From contig CBDESU010000001.1 of the NCBI GenBank assembly GCA_965242695.1, positions 1,664,001 to 1,728,000 of the forward strand: DNA of 64,000 nucleotides, given 5' to 3'. The DNA is from Cenarchaeum sp. (GTDB taxonomy: Archaea > Thermoproteota > Nitrososphaeria > Nitrososphaerales > Nitrosopumilaceae). Under the pieces are notes generated by a model. That model ran no database searches. It saw only the letters and a program-made list of their open reading frames with translations, and was not told where the DNA came from. Within the stretch, counting starts at the first letter, position 1. Every line of letters begins with the position of its first letter. Below are positions 62,001 to 64,000 of the stretch, piece by piece. A program made the translations under genes and the position numbers.

Positions 62001-62679
62001 CCGGGGGGTTCGGCAGCCCTGCCGGTCCTGAACGTGGGGCGCCCTGCCCGGCCGCCGGCGTCCCGCCGGCGTTCGAGCTGCCCGCCGTCGCCGTCCCGAA
62101 CGCCCAGTCCGACGAGTTGGCGCCCGCGCTGCCCGCCGCGCGCGACCACGACCGCAGGTCGCCCGGGCTGTCGCTCAGGCGCGGCGTCTCGTCGACCAGG
62201 CGGCCGACGCCGTCGTGCAGGCGCACGGACGTCATTATGTCTGCAAACCAGGCCGTCCGGTGGTGGAACACGCGAAACTCGCCGGCGGCGATCGACGTGC
62301 CCTCTGGTATCTCCAGCGTGCGCCTGTGCAGGTCGGACGACGATATGGACCACCCGCCGACGTCGACGGGCAGCCTGGACGGGTTGTGCAGCTCGACCCA
62401 CTCTATGACGGCCTTGCGGTCGTCGCCCGGCGGGTTGATCTCGGCCTCGCTTATGACGATGGGGGAGGGCGGGTCGGGGCCGGACTGCGCGTATGCCGCA
62501 GGCAGGATGAGCGCGTCGCGGCCGTGCGGCTCGGCGCCGGCTCCAGCGGTGGCAAGGGCGGCGGCCGCAGGCGCGTAGGCACCCGACTCGCCGGCGGCGC
62601 TGGCGGCCAGGGCGGCCGCCATCGCCACGGCCGCAAGGGCAGCCGTCCCGCGCGCCCGATTCGATGCCGCGCCCCTCAT
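59047..62679 (-). CDS. Lamin-tail-domain surface protein with repeated TD(R/K)xxY..G Ig/MG2-like domains
   Basis: IVISEAEINPPG..EWVELHNP..VDVGGW; about six TDRASY/TDKASY-type modules; signal peptide; TTAAAA box at ~62703-62708. Confidence 0.88.
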   Translation of the reverse strand: MRGAASNRARGTAALAAVAMAAALAASAAGESGAYAPAAAALATAGAGAEPHGRDALILPAAYAQSGPDPPSPIVISEAEINPPGDDRKAVIEWVELHNPSRLPVDVGGWSISSSDLHRRTLEIPEGTSIAAGEFRVFHHRTAWFADIMTSVRLHDGVGRLVDETPRLSDSPGDLRSWSRAAGSAGANSSDWAFGTATAGSSNAGGTPAAGQGAPRSGPAGLPNPPVAVGTDRASYELGERITIRGNVSEEARASVPSHSNRGVSIAIEGPSGYERQISVYPDAQLRFFASVRLSAVTGASDGPYTVTASYAGSSASSSFAVGDAGAAAGQGSAGAGSAPAAPPPPPLSISTDRASYRPGETVVVTAAAREVVPYEGLSYKVLGPDGERTDGGLVYPDAAGRFEARLFLNPVGAAYGNHTVAASYGEASASSRFVVARDADSAGRQAVVRTDKASYAPGETVAISGSLGGKWSFALDLELRQVEVESLGRVAVNLVKHDATVRPAGDGSFSYEYRIANGTERVGEYVVRVSDTGVRAEASFRVEPPMAAGPGAAREGRGDAAGAAPSSSPAGPAAQASQVTITTDKAVYEQGSRIVFSGTTIAPKTASLVTNTIEITIVGASGGLASRGQIDDARGAAGSGSAVAAPVAYTLSAVPDAAGNYRVSDTLYASAYGPGTYAVHASYASNRHRAFTAFEVVDSLDIEGDASISVSKSLLAPGETTVVTGIVPGLSQGSGVDITVYKPGGDTDRYGALADRSRFAWEWEAPRTPGVYQAAIKAGPASERIFLKVSDDPASDTLEIPPLSISADRASYGIGDEVVLSGLAREAGALFGGEGPPVRERAKVVVREGAAPFKVIYEYNLGPDSAGYFGTSFDLPIGVFGEGTYSVIATYAKTRAATTFLIEGEGGGADRGASDLSLVVGTDRPEYRPGDTVAVSGSLTRLVSVESVEVTVAREEELRINCGTYSCGSPGSTERVRPDERGRFSRTYEIDSSDDAVGRYVVKATTPFATVSGTFSVVAGPDASDAAHGGAAGGQAQGNGTAQGNATMPGRYTEDFNRIPDAVVAVSASESDVDGTRFVPRALQGLLLAAPRADPSSVDIRLLANATGPGGEEGPICVIGPVADGCLVSGSTRAPGAIYQTVQIGGTDYRVRYSGPDATPEKFAVLPAEAGTAIDIGEWTVEVERPEGAPSWLYYKLTRIATPDSGGAG

Positions 62680-62746
62680 GCCGCCGATCGGCGGCACGGG
62701 CATTTTAAGGCGAGGCCTGCGATAGTTGAGCCGCGGGTCAAGATGT

Positions 62747-63139
62747 TCAGACACGCGCCGCATCGGCGCCGGCTGCCGGGGCGGCCGCATCGGGGCCGGC
62801 ATCCGGCCTTGCCGGCTGCGGCGGGCCGCCGCGAGGCTTCGAGGTGCCGCCAGAGGCCGCATCGGGGCCGGCGCCCGGGCCGCCGGCGGGGGCCGCGCCG
62901 GCATCTGGGCCGCCGCAGTCTGGGCATGCCCCGTCGACGACCCGCTGGCCGCACTCGATGCACAGCCCCTCGCCGACCTGCCGCTCGACTGCCTCTTGCC
63001 GCTTCACGGCGATCATCTTCATCCCAAAGAACAGCGCCGCGCCGATGGCTATCCCCGCCGCGCCGAGGTACATGGCGGCGGCCATCGCGAACAGCACGCT
63101 TGCGGCCAGCAGCACGAGGTCGCGCCTGTAGAACCTCAC
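62747..63139 (-). CDS. Small membrane protein with Zn ribbon
   Basis: Two TM helices, then CIECG..CPDC; TTTTAAAA box at ~63161. Confidence 0.72.
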   Translation of the reverse strand: MRFYRRDLVLLAASVLFAMAAAMYLGAAGIAIGAALFFGMKMIAVKRQEAVERQVGEGLCIECGQRVVDGACPDCGGPDAGAAPAGGPGAGPDAASGGTSKPRGGPPQPARPDAGPDAAAPAAGADAARV

Positions 63140-63175
63140 CGGCCGGCGGCGCGGCCGATTTTTTAAAAGTCTGCC

Positions 63176-63236
63176 GGCGCTCAGCAGTTCGGTCTCCTCA
63201 CCGTCAGGTCGGCACTCTAACTCGTCTTCACCGCGC
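63176..63236 (-). ncRNA. Probable C/D-box guide sRNA
   Basis: Minus strand reads GTGAAGA (C) -17 nt- CTGA (D') -2 nt- GTGAGGA (C') -10 nt- CTGA (D). TTTATC box ~30 bp upstream. Confidence 0.7.
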
Positions 63237-63307
63237 GGCGTGGCGGCGGCATGGGCGGCCCGATAAAGGCGTGGCGGCGGCAACGGGGGCGCGATGCCGG
63301 CGATGAA

Positions 63308-63381
63308 TGGGATTGGCAGGATTCGAACCTACGACCTCTGGTACCCAAAACCAGAATCATGCCATGCTAGACTACAATCCC
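63308..63381 (-). tRNA. tRNA-Pro(TGG)
   Basis: Acceptor GGGATTG/CAATCCC, anticodon arm CTGGT-TTTGGGT-ACCAG, T loop TTCGAAT; TTAAAT box upstream. Confidence 0.95.
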
Positions 63382-63511
63382 CGGCAAGCGCCCGCCCGCC
63401 CCCAATTTAAGCGGTATGTGGGCGCCTAGGCGGGCCCCGCCAGAGGCCGCACGCGGCCCGGCGCAGGGCGCCGCGCCAGGCCCCATCGGCCCCGCATCGC
63501 CCCAAGACGGG

Positions 63512-64000
63512 CTAGCCGGCGCGCCGGGCATCCCCGTTCCGGCGGGCCAGCGCTATGCGCCTGCGGGCCATCCTGCAGTACTCGCCGGATATCTCAAAGC
63601 CCATCCACGAGCGGCGCAGCCGCTCGGCCGCGATGGCCGTAGAGCCGGATCCCATGAACGGATCGAGCACCACCCTCGCATTGGTGGCGCCGATGCAGCG
63701 CTCGGCAAGCTCGGCCGGAAACGGGGCCGGGTGGGCGTTGCCGTGCTCTTGCACGATCCGCCATATGTCGCCCAAGCGGCTTGCGCCCTTTTTGAGCCTG
63801 AACCCCGGCTTTGCAATGAGGTAGACCACCTCGTAGGTCGGCAGAAAGTAGCCCGGGTTGAAGTTGATCCCGCCGGCCCTCTGCCATATGATGATCTGCC
63901 TGACTGGAAACCCGGCCACGATGTCTCGCCTGTCCTGCAAGAGGCCGCGCTGGACGCGCCACTTGTGGTTGTAGAATATCGCGCCGTCCTCGGAGAGAAC
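63512..64000 (-). CDS. N4/N6 DNA methyltransferase (beta class), 5' truncated by window edge
   Basis: IIW, HPAPFP, VLDPFMGSGST, GFEI; frame is open to base 64000. Confidence 0.9.
   Translation of the reverse strand, partial: VLSEDGAIFYNHKWRVQRGLLQDRRDIVAGFPVRQIIIWQRAGGINFNPGYFLPTYEVVYLIAKPGFRLKKGASRLGDIWRIVQEHGNAHPAPFPAELAERCIGATNARVVLDPFMGSGSTAIAAERLRRSWMGFEISGEYCRMARRRIALARRNGDARRAG

Noticed and set aside
33804-63381. Provirus or integrative element at the tRNA genes
   Set aside because: No duplicated tRNA 3' end, integrase or viral structural gene was seen. The methyltransferase lies 5' of tRNA-Pro.

Overview
High-GC archaeal chromosome segment. Gene content points to Thaumarchaeota/Nitrosopumilaceae: FBP aldolase/phosphatase, ATP-dependent ligase, tRNA splicing endonuclease, Tsr3, a nuoC-D-H-I-J-K-M-L-N cluster, CFI-box-CTERM and lamin-tail surface proteins, and TATA boxes about 25 bp before many starts. 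A host-associated, Cenarchaeum-like lineage is an inference from the GC content and the giant surface proteins. RNA genes: tRNA-Glu(TTC) with a 15-nt BHB intron in the T-loop, tRNA-Pro(TGG), and a probable C/D-box sRNA. Accessory DNA: a DUF3800 gene, a degenerate OLD-like ATPase/TOPRIM protein, a low-GC three-gene islet, an MNT-HEPN pair, a DNA methyltransferase, and two giant modular surface-protein genes. One giant gene is split by an ISH3-family IS (19-bp TIRs, 5-bp TSD) inside near-identical 381-bp repeats. The most unusual structure is that both surface-protein loci carry decayed direct copies of the 3' ends (including the stop codon) of neighbouring genes. The first locus also has three paralogues of an unknown ~270-aa Ala-rich helical protein sharing an identical 22-bp promoter. 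This suggests an integrase-free cassette insertion or exchange process for surface genes. All family calls come from motif recognition; no database searches were run.
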